64,000 nt of DNA, taken from contig JBGPGO010000013.1 of assembly GCA_041483895.1 (NCBI GenBank), positions 32,001-96,000 on the forward strand, read 5' to 3'. This DNA comes from Fimbriimonadia bacterium. GTDB taxonomy: Bacteria > Armatimonadota > Fimbriimonadia > Fimbriimonadales > JABRVX01. Of the stretch, positions 55,544-64,000 are shown piece after piece (within the stretch, counting starts at the first letter, position 1; the number at the start of each line of letters is the position of its first letter). Both the position numbers and the translations under genes were made by a program. The notes beneath the pieces are model-generated. The model worked only from the letters and a program-made list of their open reading frames with translations, was not told the origin of the DNA and made no database searches.

Positions 55544-58527
55544 CTCTTAATCTCCGGGTTCGGATTGGTCAATTTGGCAAGGTAGGACGTTCTGGGAACT
55601 GTGAGCAGGTTGTCCAGCAGCGTGTAGTTGTGCGGCTGCCGCTTCTGCTTTGCCACCTCGCTCTTGGCGTCGGCGATGTTGCCGAAAGCGATGGCTTTCG
55701 CCGGGCAGGCCTGTTGGCAGGCGGTCACAATCTCTCCGTCCTTCACATCCCGCCCCGCCTTCTTCGCTTCGATTCGCGCGGCGCTGATCCGCTGAACGCA
55801 GTAGGTGCATTTTTCCATTACGCCGCGGCCGCGGACGGTAACGTCGGGATTCGCCATGAGCTGCAAGCTCGGATAATCATAGTTGCCTGGGTCCAGATCG
55901 GGCTGCCCGGCGGAGAATTTGTAGAAATTGAACCGCCGCACTTTGTACGGGCAGTTGTTGGAGCAATACCGCGTCCCGATGCAGCGGTTGTACACCATCT
56001 GGTTCAAACCCTCGTGGCTGTGCACGGTTGCGCCGACGGGGCACACCGGCTCGCACGGCGCGTTTTCGCACTGCATGCAGGTCATGGGCTGGAACAGGGT
56101 GTCCGGCTGGTCCTCCCCACCGGCGAAGTAGCGGTCTATGCGTATCCAATGCATCTCGCGGCCATTCTGGACCTGGCTCTTGCCGACGATCGGGATGTTG
56201 TTTTCGGACTGGCACGCCGTGACACAGGCCCCGCAGCCGATGCAGGCGCTGGTGTCGATCACCATGCCCCACTTATAGCCGTCGTATTCCTGATAGTCTT
56301 TTGGCTTCTCGAACAGAGCGTCGGGCTCTTCGTCCTTCGGCGGATTCAAGAACTTCGGGTTCTTCTTGTACTCGTCAATCAGACCAGACCGGACGACATC
56401 GCGGCCATCCATCGTCTCGCTGCCCGACACGGCATGATGGTTTTGCGTCGCCACCAACTGATGAATGCCGCCCGCTTTCGCAATCGTCACGCCGGGGGAA
56501 TACGACGGCGCTTGGCTGGTGCGGAGGGCGTAGGTATCGAACCCAACCTCGTTGCCAAGCGCGCCGGCAGCCGTGCGCCCAAACCCCAGGTGCAAGCAGA
56601 CCGTGTCCGCCGGCATTCCGGGCTGGATCCAGATCGGCATCTTTATGGTCCGCCCCTGGAACGTGATGTTGACCAGATCATTTTGATCGAGCTTCAAGTC
56701 CTTCGCGGTCGCCGGCGCGATCATCGCTGCGTTGTCCCAGGTAAGCGTGGTCAGCGGCTTCGGAAGTTCCTGCAGCCAGGCGTTGTTGGAAAATCGGCCG
56801 TCCCAAATCGTCGCGTCGGGCAGGAATAGGATCTGCATCCCCTTGGCGCCGGACGCCTCTGGCTGGAGCCGCGGATTGGCGGTGACCTGCTTCGCGGGAG
56901 ATGCGGTTCCGGCGACCAGTCCCTCATTGAGAGCAATCGTCCACTTTTCTTCGGAAGCGCCGATCTGCTCTTGGGACTGCCAATATCCGCGGATGATGTC
57001 GTATCCAAGCTTCGGCTCACCCATCATCGCGGCGATGAATTCATGAACCGACTTTCCCGCGTAGAGCGGCTCGACCAGCGGCTGAACGATGGATACGGTC
57101 CCGTCAAACGCCTTGGCGTCGCTCCAATTCTCCAGATAATGGGTTTCCGGAATGTGCCAAATGCATTCGCCGGCCGTTTCGTCCACATAGTTCCCGAGAT
57201 GGACCTTGAACAGGACGTTGGACAGATACTCTTTGAAATTCAGGTCGGCCGGGGCGTTGTAGACCGGGTTGGCGCCGAGAATGAGGAGCATCTCCACGCG
57301 CTTCCCTTTCATATCCTCGACAAGCCCCGCCAAGTCCTTCATCTGATCCGTCGGCGCCGCCTCAATCGGCTCGATGTATGTAACTGCCTGGCTGCCGAGC
57401 GCCTGGTTGATCGCGTGGGCCGCAGCATGGACAACAGGCGACTGATGCAGGCCGGGAACGACCAGGCTTCGCGATCCGTTTGCCTTGAGGTCCGCAACCA
57501 TCGCATCGAACCACCCTCGAGGAACGCTTGCCGGCAGGCTGCCTTGAGCGGAAACGCCGACCGCCGAAGCCAACGCAAGAGCAAAGCCTTCGACATCCGA
57601 CGGCTTCACGGCGAGATGATGGTCCGCGTTCGCGCTGGTCACCGTCGGCCACGAGGCCACCGAATAAAGCCGGTTCATCTCGGTCATGTCCTCGCGAACC
57701 CGCCGCCGATCTGCAAAATCCTTGGCATAGCGAACACTGCCCGGCATCGACATCAGAAAATCTGAATCTAGGGAGACAATCCGGTCGGCCTTATCAAAAT
57801 GGTAGACCGGCTGTACGTCCTGCCCGAACGCTATCACCGCCCCTTGCCGAGCCATGTCCCGCGTCACCGGCTCGTATTGAATCCACTTCGCCTGCGGGAG
57901 CATCTTGAGGAGGGCCTGCTTCTGCTGATGCAGTGTGGGGGAATAAATTGTCCCGCTCAAAATCCGAACGTTTGCCCCGCCGTTCTCCCGCTGCTTCAGG
58001 AGCATCTCGCGGATGGCGAAAATGCAGGAATCCCACGAGCTGATCTCGCCCAGGTTCCGTATGTACTGGGATCGGTCCGGATCGTATAAATCGTACAGGC
58101 TGGCCTGGGTGATCGCGTCCGTGCCGCCAAGACTAGCCGGATGGCCCGGATTTCCCTCGATTTTGGTCGGCCGGTTCTCGTGGCTGGTTGCCAATATACC
58201 GATGGCAGGCCCCCGCGAAGTACAGGCCGTCGCAAACGAAACGGGAACTCCAAGCACCTCATCCTCTGGCTGCTTCACATACGGAACGATCTTTTCTTGG
58301 GGCCTCCACCGGCAGCCGCCCGCCAACCCCGCCAAAGCCAATGTGCCTGTCGCATATCGAATGAAACTTCGCCGGTCCATCTTCCCCAGCCAGGCCTTCG
58401 CCTGCAGCGGAAACTCGTCTTGCAGATACTGATGAAATTCCGGCTTGTCGGCCAGCTCGTCCAGGCTGCGCCAAAGCGGCTTGCCGTTCAGTTGCTCCTC
58501 GATCCGCTCCTTCGATTCCCGGTTCAT
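55540..58527 (-). CDS. actB: ACIII subunit ActB (TAT-variant molybdopterin-oxidoreductase-like plus Fe-S domain)
   Basis: WRSLDEL, DRRSFI twin-Arg, KIEGNPGHP, CIGCGAC, CMQCENAPC, CIGTRYCSNNC, KCTYC. Confidence 0.95.
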   Translation of the reverse strand: MNRESKERIEEQLNGKPLWRSLDELADKPEFHQYLQDEFPLQAKAWLGKMDRRSFIRYATGTLALAGLAGGCRWRPQEKIVPYVKQPEDEVLGVPVSFATACTSRGPAIGILATSHENRPTKIEGNPGHPASLGGTDAITQASLYDLYDPDRSQYIRNLGEISSWDSCIFAIREMLLKQRENGGANVRILSGTIYSPTLHQQKQALLKMLPQAKWIQYEPVTRDMARQGAVIAFGQDVQPVYHFDKADRIVSLDSDFLMSMPGSVRYAKDFADRRRVREDMTEMNRLYSVASWPTVTSANADHHLAVKPSDVEGFALALASAVGVSAQGSLPASVPRGWFDAMVADLKANGSRSLVVPGLHQSPVVHAAAHAINQALGSQAVTYIEPIEAAPTDQMKDLAGLVEDMKGKRVEMLLILGANPVYNAPADLNFKEYLSNVLFKVHLGNYVDETAGECIWHIPETHYLENWSDAKAFDGTVSIVQPLVEPLYAGKSVHEFIAAMMGEPKLGYDIIRGYWQSQEQIGASEEKWTIALNEGLVAGTASPAKQVTANPRLQPEASGAKGMQILFLPDATIWDGRFSNNAWLQELPKPLTTLTWDNAAMIAPATAKDLKLDQNDLVNITFQGRTIKMPIWIQPGMPADTVCLHLGFGRTAAGALGNEVGFDTYALRTSQAPSYSPGVTIAKAGGIHQLVATQNHHAVSGSETMDGRDVVRSGLIDEYKKNPKFLNPPKDEEPDALFEKPKDYQEYDGYKWGMVIDTSACIGCGACVTACQSENNIPIVGKSQVQNGREMHWIRIDRYFAGGEDQPDTLFQPMTCMQCENAPCEPVCPVGATVHSHEGLNQMVYNRCIGTRYCSNNCPYKVRRFNFYKFSAGQPDLDPGNYDYPSLQLMANPDVTVRGRGVMEKCTYCVQRISAARIEAKKAGRDVKDGEIVTACQQACPAKAIAFGNIADAKSEVAKQKRQPHNYTLLDNLLTVPRTSYLAKLTNPNPEIKS

Positions 58528-59270
58528 CGATGGCACGTCCAGCAGTCGGCCAACTGCTCCTTCTTGACCTTGAGTTTCGCCACCAATTCCTTGCCCTTTT
58601 CGATCTCAGCGGCCGTCGCCTGGTACGGCAACCCCTCTTTTAATGCCTCTTCGCGGGGCGTCAACTCTACCCCGCTTTGGATCTTCTTATACAAAGAAAG
58701 CGCTTGGTCTTGGGGAGTCATATTCGGGTGGGCTTCGTCCGAATACAGATACTTTTCCGGTTCCCGATGGCAATCGAGACACCATTTCATCGAGAAGGCA
58801 AAGCCCTTGGAAGTCACCTGCATCTTCTGAATCGCGCCATGGCATTGGTTGCAGCTGATCCCGCGGGCGATATGGATGCTGTGATTAAAATACACAAACT
58901 CAGGCAACTTGTTGACACGGTTCCAAATGAGCGGTTCGTTCGACCGCCAACTTTGCCGCAGCGGCTCCAGAATCGGACTGTTCGTCCAGATCTGGGAATG
59001 ACATGACATGCACGTGTGAGTAGGCGGAACGCCGGCGAACGCGGTTTTTTCCACACTGGTGTGGCAATAGCGGCAATCGATGCCGAGCTCGTTCGCGTGG
59101 TGCTTATGGCTAAACGGTATCGGCTGATTGAGGGTGACCCCGACGTTCGTGTTGTAGGGGGAGCGGCTGATTGCCGAGCCACCGAAGAGTATTCCGAGTG
59201 GCACCACCACAGCTCCGTAGATGCTGAGCTTGGCTAATGTATTTGTCGTAGGCGAGAAAATCTGCCCCAT
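58524..59270 (-). CDS. actA: ACIII pentaheme cytochrome c ActA
   Basis: Five CxxCH motifs, QPIPFSHKHH, VYFNHSIH. Confidence 0.95.
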   Translation of the reverse strand: MGQIFSPTTNTLAKLSIYGAVVVPLGILFGGSAISRSPYNTNVGVTLNQPIPFSHKHHANELGIDCRYCHTSVEKTAFAGVPPTHTCMSCHSQIWTNSPILEPLRQSWRSNEPLIWNRVNKLPEFVYFNHSIHIARGISCNQCHGAIQKMQVTSKGFAFSMKWCLDCHREPEKYLYSDEAHPNMTPQDQALSLYKKIQSGVELTPREEALKEGLPYQATAAEIEKGKELVAKLKVKKEQLADCWTCHR

Positions 59271-59446
59271 TTGCGCGCGCTACGTCCTCTTTCTCTATTC
59301 GTGAATCTTCCCAAAATATCCGGCTCGAACCGCCCCCGTCACCGAACGGACGAAATACTACCTAATATGCGCTTTTTTTCGCAAACACGCAAATCAACCG
59401 ATCCGTTGCTTTCGTCAGGACTTCCGCAGGTGGCAGGAGAACTCCT

Positions 59447-60499
59447 TCAGATATCGATTTGGCTGCTGTCGCCAAGGACGAGGCGAGCATCGGTGGATTT
59501 GCCTCGGACGCACACACCGCTGCCGATCAGACTGTCCCGGATCGTAGGCAACGGTCCAAGCAGAGTTGAGTTCTTCATTAAGATGGAGTTGGCGATTTCG
59601 CAATTCTCCAGGCTGCATCCGTCGCCGATGGCCGTGTTCGCTCCAATCGTAACATCGGTTAGTTTGCAGTCATCGCCGATGATAGCGGGGCCCGCAGCGA
59701 TCACGTTTTTCAACGTGGATGACCCGACGGAGACCGTCGCGTCGATGCGGCAGCCGTCCAGAGTGGCGTTCGCAGACACGCTCGGAACCAGGTCGTGAAG
59801 AATCACCCTGTTCGCGTCCAGCACCGCTTCGACGGTACCGGTATCCTTCCACCAGCCGGACACTTTGTGCGAACGAACATCCATGCCGCGATCGATCAGC
59901 CCTTGGATCGCGTCGGTGATCTCCAATTCCCCTCGGAAAGAGGGACGAAGGCCGGCAATCGCGTGGTGCACCGACAGGTCAAATAGGTACACGCCAACCA
60001 AGGCAAAGTTGGATTTCGGCTGTTTCGGCTTCTCTTCCAGGCGAAGAACGCGGTCGCCGTCCAGTTCCGCGACGCCGAATTCGCCCGGGTTGGGAACCTG
60101 CGTCAGCAGGATGATTGCATTCGGACGCTCCCGCTTGAACTCTTCCACCAGGCCGCCGATGCCTGACCGGATAAGGTTGTCCCCAAGGTACATCACAAAC
60201 TCAGAATCGCCGAGGAATTCTCGCGACACCGCCACCGCATGCGCCAAACCCAGCGGTTGGTTCTGATGGATATAGGTGACCGTCAATCCCCAGCGCGACC
60301 CGTCCCCGACGGCGGCCTCAATCTCCTTAGCCGTGTCCCCCACGACGATGCCGACATCGGTCATGCCCGCATCCCGCATGGCCTCCAAGCCGTAGAAGAG
60401 CACGGGTTTATTGGCGACCGGGATCAACTGCTTGGCCGTGCTGAATGTGAGCGGCCGAAGCCGAGTCCCCTTCCCGCCGCTGAGTATGAGGCCTTTCAT
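59447..60499 (-). CDS. rmlA: Glucose-1-phosphate thymidylyltransferase (long form)
   Basis: GGKGTRLRP, KQLIPVANKP, YLGDN, EEKP, RGELEITD, WWKDTG plus beta-helix tail. Confidence 0.88.
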   Translation of the reverse strand: MKGLILSGGKGTRLRPLTFSTAKQLIPVANKPVLFYGLEAMRDAGMTDVGIVVGDTAKEIEAAVGDGSRWGLTVTYIHQNQPLGLAHAVAVSREFLGDSEFVMYLGDNLIRSGIGGLVEEFKRERPNAIILLTQVPNPGEFGVAELDGDRVLRLEEKPKQPKSNFALVGVYLFDLSVHHAIAGLRPSFRGELEITDAIQGLIDRGMDVRSHKVSGWWKDTGTVEAVLDANRVILHDLVPSVSANATLDGCRIDATVSVGSSTLKNVIAAGPAIIGDDCKLTDVTIGANTAIGDGCSLENCEIANSILMKNSTLLGPLPTIRDSLIGSGVCVRGKSTDARLVLGDSSQIDI

Positions 60500-60518
60500 C
60501 GGTTCCTATTGTATCTGT

Positions 60519-61793
60519 CTAACTTGCGACGGTGACAATGTTGGCGTGCTCGCGCAGCAGATCGCCGACCTTCTTGAACAGCGCCCGGAAGCGAACCTCG
60601 TCCATCCCGCCCTGCTTGACCAGTTCTCTCGAAGCGACCTCAAAGGAAACCTCCGCCCGATCCGCGAGACGCTGGATCTGATCCCGGATCTCCTCCTCGG
60701 ATAGCTTCAGGTCCTCCGCCTCCGCGATGTCGCGAATTGACAATGCCCGCTTGACCTGCATCTGGGCGTCTTCCCGAATATGCTCGCGGAGCTGCTCCAC
60801 TGTCACTCCCTGATTCGCCGCCAGGGCCTCTATCGTGCTCTTGTTCTTGGCCTGCTCCGCCTCGATCTCCTTCATCCGCTCTTCAGCCACCGCCTCCCAC
60901 ATGGTGTCAGGGATTTCGATAGTTGATCGGTTCAAAAGCTCTTTGAATAGCTGCTCCGTTACGGTATCTTCCGCGTAGGCCGACTTCACGGCTTCGATGT
61001 GGGTAGAAATCCTCTGGCGAAGGTCCTCGGCACTCTCCGCGCCAACCTTTTTTGCCAGCTCGTCGTCCAATTCCGGAACCTCGACGGTTGCAAGGGACAC
61101 CAGCTTGATCTCGCAGGTCATCGGCTTCCCGGCCCATTCCGCCTCCTCAAACCCTTCCGGAAAGGTGATGGTTTCCGATTTTGATTGGTCGGGGGTCATG
61201 CCGAGAATGGTCTGGTCCAACTGGGGAAAAGTCTGTCCGACGATGACCATGAACCGTTTTCCGGCCTCTTCGGAATCCGGCTGAATATTGAGCACGGCCA
61301 GGTCGCCGTCTTGAGCCGGCCGATCGACCTGTGTCTGCCTCGCGTTCCTTCGGCGGATTTCGCCCAATTCCTGTTCGAGCTCGTCCTCCTTCGGGGTGGG
61401 ATCCGGACGCTGCGCCGACAGACCCTTGAAGTCGCCCAGTTCCACCAAGGGCTGCAGGGGGACTTTTGCGGTGAAGATGCAAGGGTTCTCTTCGTCCAGC
61501 TGCGTCAACTCCACGGCGGGAGCGGCAAACGGCTCGAGGGCCAGTTCGGCAAGCGCCTCGCGGTAGGCCCGTGGGATCAGGTATTCGGCGGTCTGCTGAA
61601 GCAATACGTCTTTCTGGACGAACTGTTCGACGAGCGCCACTGGGGCTTTGCCCGGACGAAAGCCGGGGACCCGCATCTGACGCGCCAACCGTCGCTTCAC
61701 GGCCTCGATGGCCTCTTGCACCTGTGCGGGCTCAACCTCTATCGTGAGCTTGATCGTGCAGGGATTCAGTCTTTCTCGCTCAATTACCTTCAT
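60519..61793 (-). CDS. tig: Trigger factor
   Basis: VPGFRPGKAP ribosome-binding motif, PELDDELAK. Confidence 0.93.
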   Translation of the reverse strand: MKVIERERLNPCTIKLTIEVEPAQVQEAIEAVKRRLARQMRVPGFRPGKAPVALVEQFVQKDVLLQQTAEYLIPRAYREALAELALEPFAAPAVELTQLDEENPCIFTAKVPLQPLVELGDFKGLSAQRPDPTPKEDELEQELGEIRRRNARQTQVDRPAQDGDLAVLNIQPDSEEAGKRFMVIVGQTFPQLDQTILGMTPDQSKSETITFPEGFEEAEWAGKPMTCEIKLVSLATVEVPELDDELAKKVGAESAEDLRQRISTHIEAVKSAYAEDTVTEQLFKELLNRSTIEIPDTMWEAVAEERMKEIEAEQAKNKSTIEALAANQGVTVEQLREHIREDAQMQVKRALSIRDIAEAEDLKLSEEEIRDQIQRLADRAEVSFEVASRELVKQGGMDEVRFRALFKKVGDLLREHANIVTVAS

Positions 61794-61859
61794 CAGACCA
61801 CCTGAGGCGCAACGGCGCGCGGACTTGGTTTGCTACGGGAGCCTGGGAATCTACCCGAT

Positions 61860-62624
61860 TCACTCGTCCTTTCGGTAGGGGTCGTACCGGTAATAGAGCG
61901 CGCCGCCGTTGCTGCTCAACACAGCCCGACTGTAGCGCTTCGTGTGCCCGTCGGCATGAAGCATGTTTGAACCCTCCGAATGCTGCTCGCCAAACGAATC
62001 GAAGGTGGTGGGGACGAAGTAGGCGTCGTTCAGCGTCATGCCCCATTCGTCATAAATCAGATAGGTCGTGGCCGGGAAATGCACTGCGGAGCGGCGGATG
62101 CCGGGAGTGTTCGTGCCCGGGTTGTCAAAGTAAGCGTTCATGCTGTAGGTGCACAGCGCGTTCCCGCCGGCCCAGTCGATCGTTGAGCCGGACGTGTTCG
62201 GCCATCCTGGACAGTTGTTGAAGCCGCAATTGGGTTGGTTTTTGGCATTCGATGGACAGATGAAGATTCGGGCATCTTTGCAGTACCTGTAAATACTGCC
62301 GGTCTTTGGATCGGCCACGTCCAAGCAATATCCGTTCTTCTTAAGGTTGCTGGGGCATCGTGGACCGTCTCCGGCCGTCACCCAGTTCGCCGTGTACGGC
62401 CGGCCTGCGGTTCGCCAGCCTTCCCCGGCCTTCGGGTAATGGTCAGAGTTGTCATCGACATAGATGGTAATGGCGACACCAATCTGGCGCAGGTTGCTGA
62501 GGCAGGCCGTACCCTTTGCGCTCTCTCGGGCTCGGGCAAATACAGGGAACAGAATCGCCGCGAGGATGGCGATAATCGCGATGACTACAAGAAGTTCTAT
62601 CAGGGTAAACCCTATTTTTTTCAT
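61860..62624 (-). CDS. Prepilin-type N-methylation / DUF1559 / H-X9-DG protein
   Basis: [52 protein letters not shown]. Confidence 0.92.
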   Translation of the reverse strand: MKKIGFTLIELLVVIAIIAILAAILFPVFARARESAKGTACLSNLRQIGVAITIYVDDNSDHYPKAGEGWRTAGRPYTANWVTAGDGPRCPSNLKKNGYCLDVADPKTGSIYRYCKDARIFICPSNAKNQPNCGFNNCPGWPNTSGSTIDWAGGNALCTYSMNAYFDNPGTNTPGIRRSAVHFPATTYLIYDEWGMTLNDAYFVPTTFDSFGEQHSEGSNMLHADGHTKRYSRAVLSSNGGALYYRYDPYRKDE

Positions 62625-62695
62625 GGCTGCCCTCATGTTGGTTGATTGCATTATAGCAAGATCACGGAATCTGTGGCATACTGGCCGAATAATCT

Positions 62696-62820
62696 ACAGG
62701 GACGGTAGCCAACTCGCTACCGTACAGGTCCCTGTTTTATCAACGGCAACGTCGTCCCGGCGAGTTTATTAGGGGCAGACCGGGAGGGCAGTGGAATTAA
62801 TTGGCCGTTGCTTTTTGTTT
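62696..62820 (+). ncRNA. Structured 5' leader, riboswitch candidate
   Basis: Nested stems ACAGGGA/TCCCTGT, CGGTAGC/GCTACCG, CAACGGC/GCCGTTG, TCCCGG/CCGGGA followed by T-run. Confidence 0.35.
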
Positions 62821-62861
62821 GTCTGAACTGTTGGTTGTCGTCTGTCGGAAGGTGAATGTAG

Positions 62862-64000
62862 ATGAAAGCGTCTCATGCTCTTGGGGCCATCTGCCTCGCG
62901 GCATTTTGTATGCCATGCGCTGCGGATATGGCTCCGGCGGACTATTTGGTTACAACATTTGCGAGCGTCACATACCAGGATCAGGTTGGCGCCAGCTATT
63001 ATAAGGATTCTAACCAGGCGAGCTGCAGGGTCAAACAGGTATTCGGCCTGTCCGCAACCGTCGATACGAACTGGCTGTCCCAGCAGGACGGCGTGGCGGT
63101 CGATATTCCCTGTTCGCTGACGAATACCGGCAACGGGCTCGACACGTTCACCGTCAACTTGCAAGCGCCACCAAAGTGGTGGAATGGGTATGTTATTCTC
63201 GACGCTAACGGCGACGGAATCCGTCAATCCACCGAGTGGACTCCATTCGATGATTCAGGACTGATGGATTATGGGCAGTCGCAGCGCTTCTTCGTGCGTC
63301 TGGAAACGCCCTATTCCAACCGCACAACCGACGGCGTCATGTCCCAACTGACGATCGCCTCGACGAAGGGGGGAGGAGATGTCGGCAGCATGTCTAGTGC
63401 CGTATTCAACCAGCTCATCGTCGTCGGTCGCCATGCTTCCACATGGGATTCTTGGAACTATCCGACGGATAGCCCGCTCGCGTACAACGCGGCAGGCGAT
63501 CCGCAGCGGGTTTGGTATACCGGCACAGACGGCAAGATCTACATGGCGAAGCTGAATCCATGGCAGGGGAGTTACGACAAGATCGTAACCCCGAATGACT
63601 ACTTGGGACTTCCCGCCATAACGATCGACCGCCTCATGTGGGTCACATCGATGGGATACTGCGTCACGATCGATCCGTCGAGCAAGAGCATCATCAAAAC
63701 GGTCAGCGCCCCGAACGGCGCTCGGTTCCTTGCGAGCCCCGCTCCGTACACCAACAAGGCGTTCGTCGTTTCGACCGGAGGAAGAATTCATATCATCAGC
63801 CGTGAAGGGCTTGTGACTCAGTCTTCGGTTCCTATCAATCGGGAGATCACGACCTCGCCTGTCGTCGTCGGCACGAATGTGATCGTCGGCACAACGAAGG
63901 GCGAGCTGTACGCATTTGATATCAGCAGCCTCAACGTTTCCTGGATCGCCGCGGTGGACCTGTCGACATCGCTGATCGGAATTCCCGCGCTCGGTACCGA
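62862..64000 (+). CDS. Secreted protein with Ig-like domain and PQQ/BamB-like propeller (partial, runs off window, not in ORF track)
   Basis: MKASHALGAICLAAFC signal; LTNTGNGLDTF, DANGDG, TTSPVVVGTNVIVGTTKGELYAFD; open to the window end. Confidence 0.8.
   Translation, partial: MKASHALGAICLAAFCMPCAADMAPADYLVTTFASVTYQDQVGASYYKDSNQASCRVKQVFGLSATVDTNWLSQQDGVAVDIPCSLTNTGNGLDTFTVNLQAPPKWWNGYVILDANGDGIRQSTEWTPFDDSGLMDYGQSQRFFVRLETPYSNRTTDGVMSQLTIASTKGGGDVGSMSSAVFNQLIVVGRHASTWDSWNYPTDSPLAYNAAGDPQRVWYTGTDGKIYMAKLNPWQGSYDKIVTPNDYLGLPAITIDRLMWVTSMGYCVTIDPSSKSIIKTVSAPNGARFLASPAPYTNKAFVVSTGGRIHIISREGLVTQSSVPINREITTSPVVVGTNVIVGTTKGELYAFDISSLNVSWIAAVDLSTSLIGIPALGT

Noticed and set aside
60519..61793. Divergent PPIase domain in tig and absence of clpPX
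   Set aside because: Both are common in non-proteobacterial lineages.

Overview
High-GC bacterial chromosomal window, most likely Armatimonadota (inferred from the PEP-CTERM, H-X9-DG prepilin, stand-alone STN and dockerin-tailed proteins; not verified). Core content is a flagellar basal-body/export operon (flgBC-fliEFGHIJ-slt-capA-flhA-flhF), murB, a family-B DNA polymerase, ftsK, purSQ, pilT, eda-kdgK, a complete alternative complex III plus caa3 oxidase operon, rmlA and tig. I saw no rRNA, tRNA, CRISPR array, integrase or transposase. The strongest candidate novel system is four secreted beta-propeller proteins from three different families that share one ~140-aa C-terminal Ig-like plus dockerin-like tail ending F-x3-G(D), a possible surface-display or sorting system. 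A second candidate is three barrel-less STN/secretin-N proteins: one has FG-rich repeats and an ECF-type promoter, and another lies next to an orphan anti-sigma factor. Also noted are a FlhF with altered GTPase motifs, four distinct REP-like palindromic elements, a riboswitch-like leader, apparently leaderless promoters, a probable CTG start and galactose-oxidase-like gene relics. All calls come from reading motifs by eye, with no database searches.
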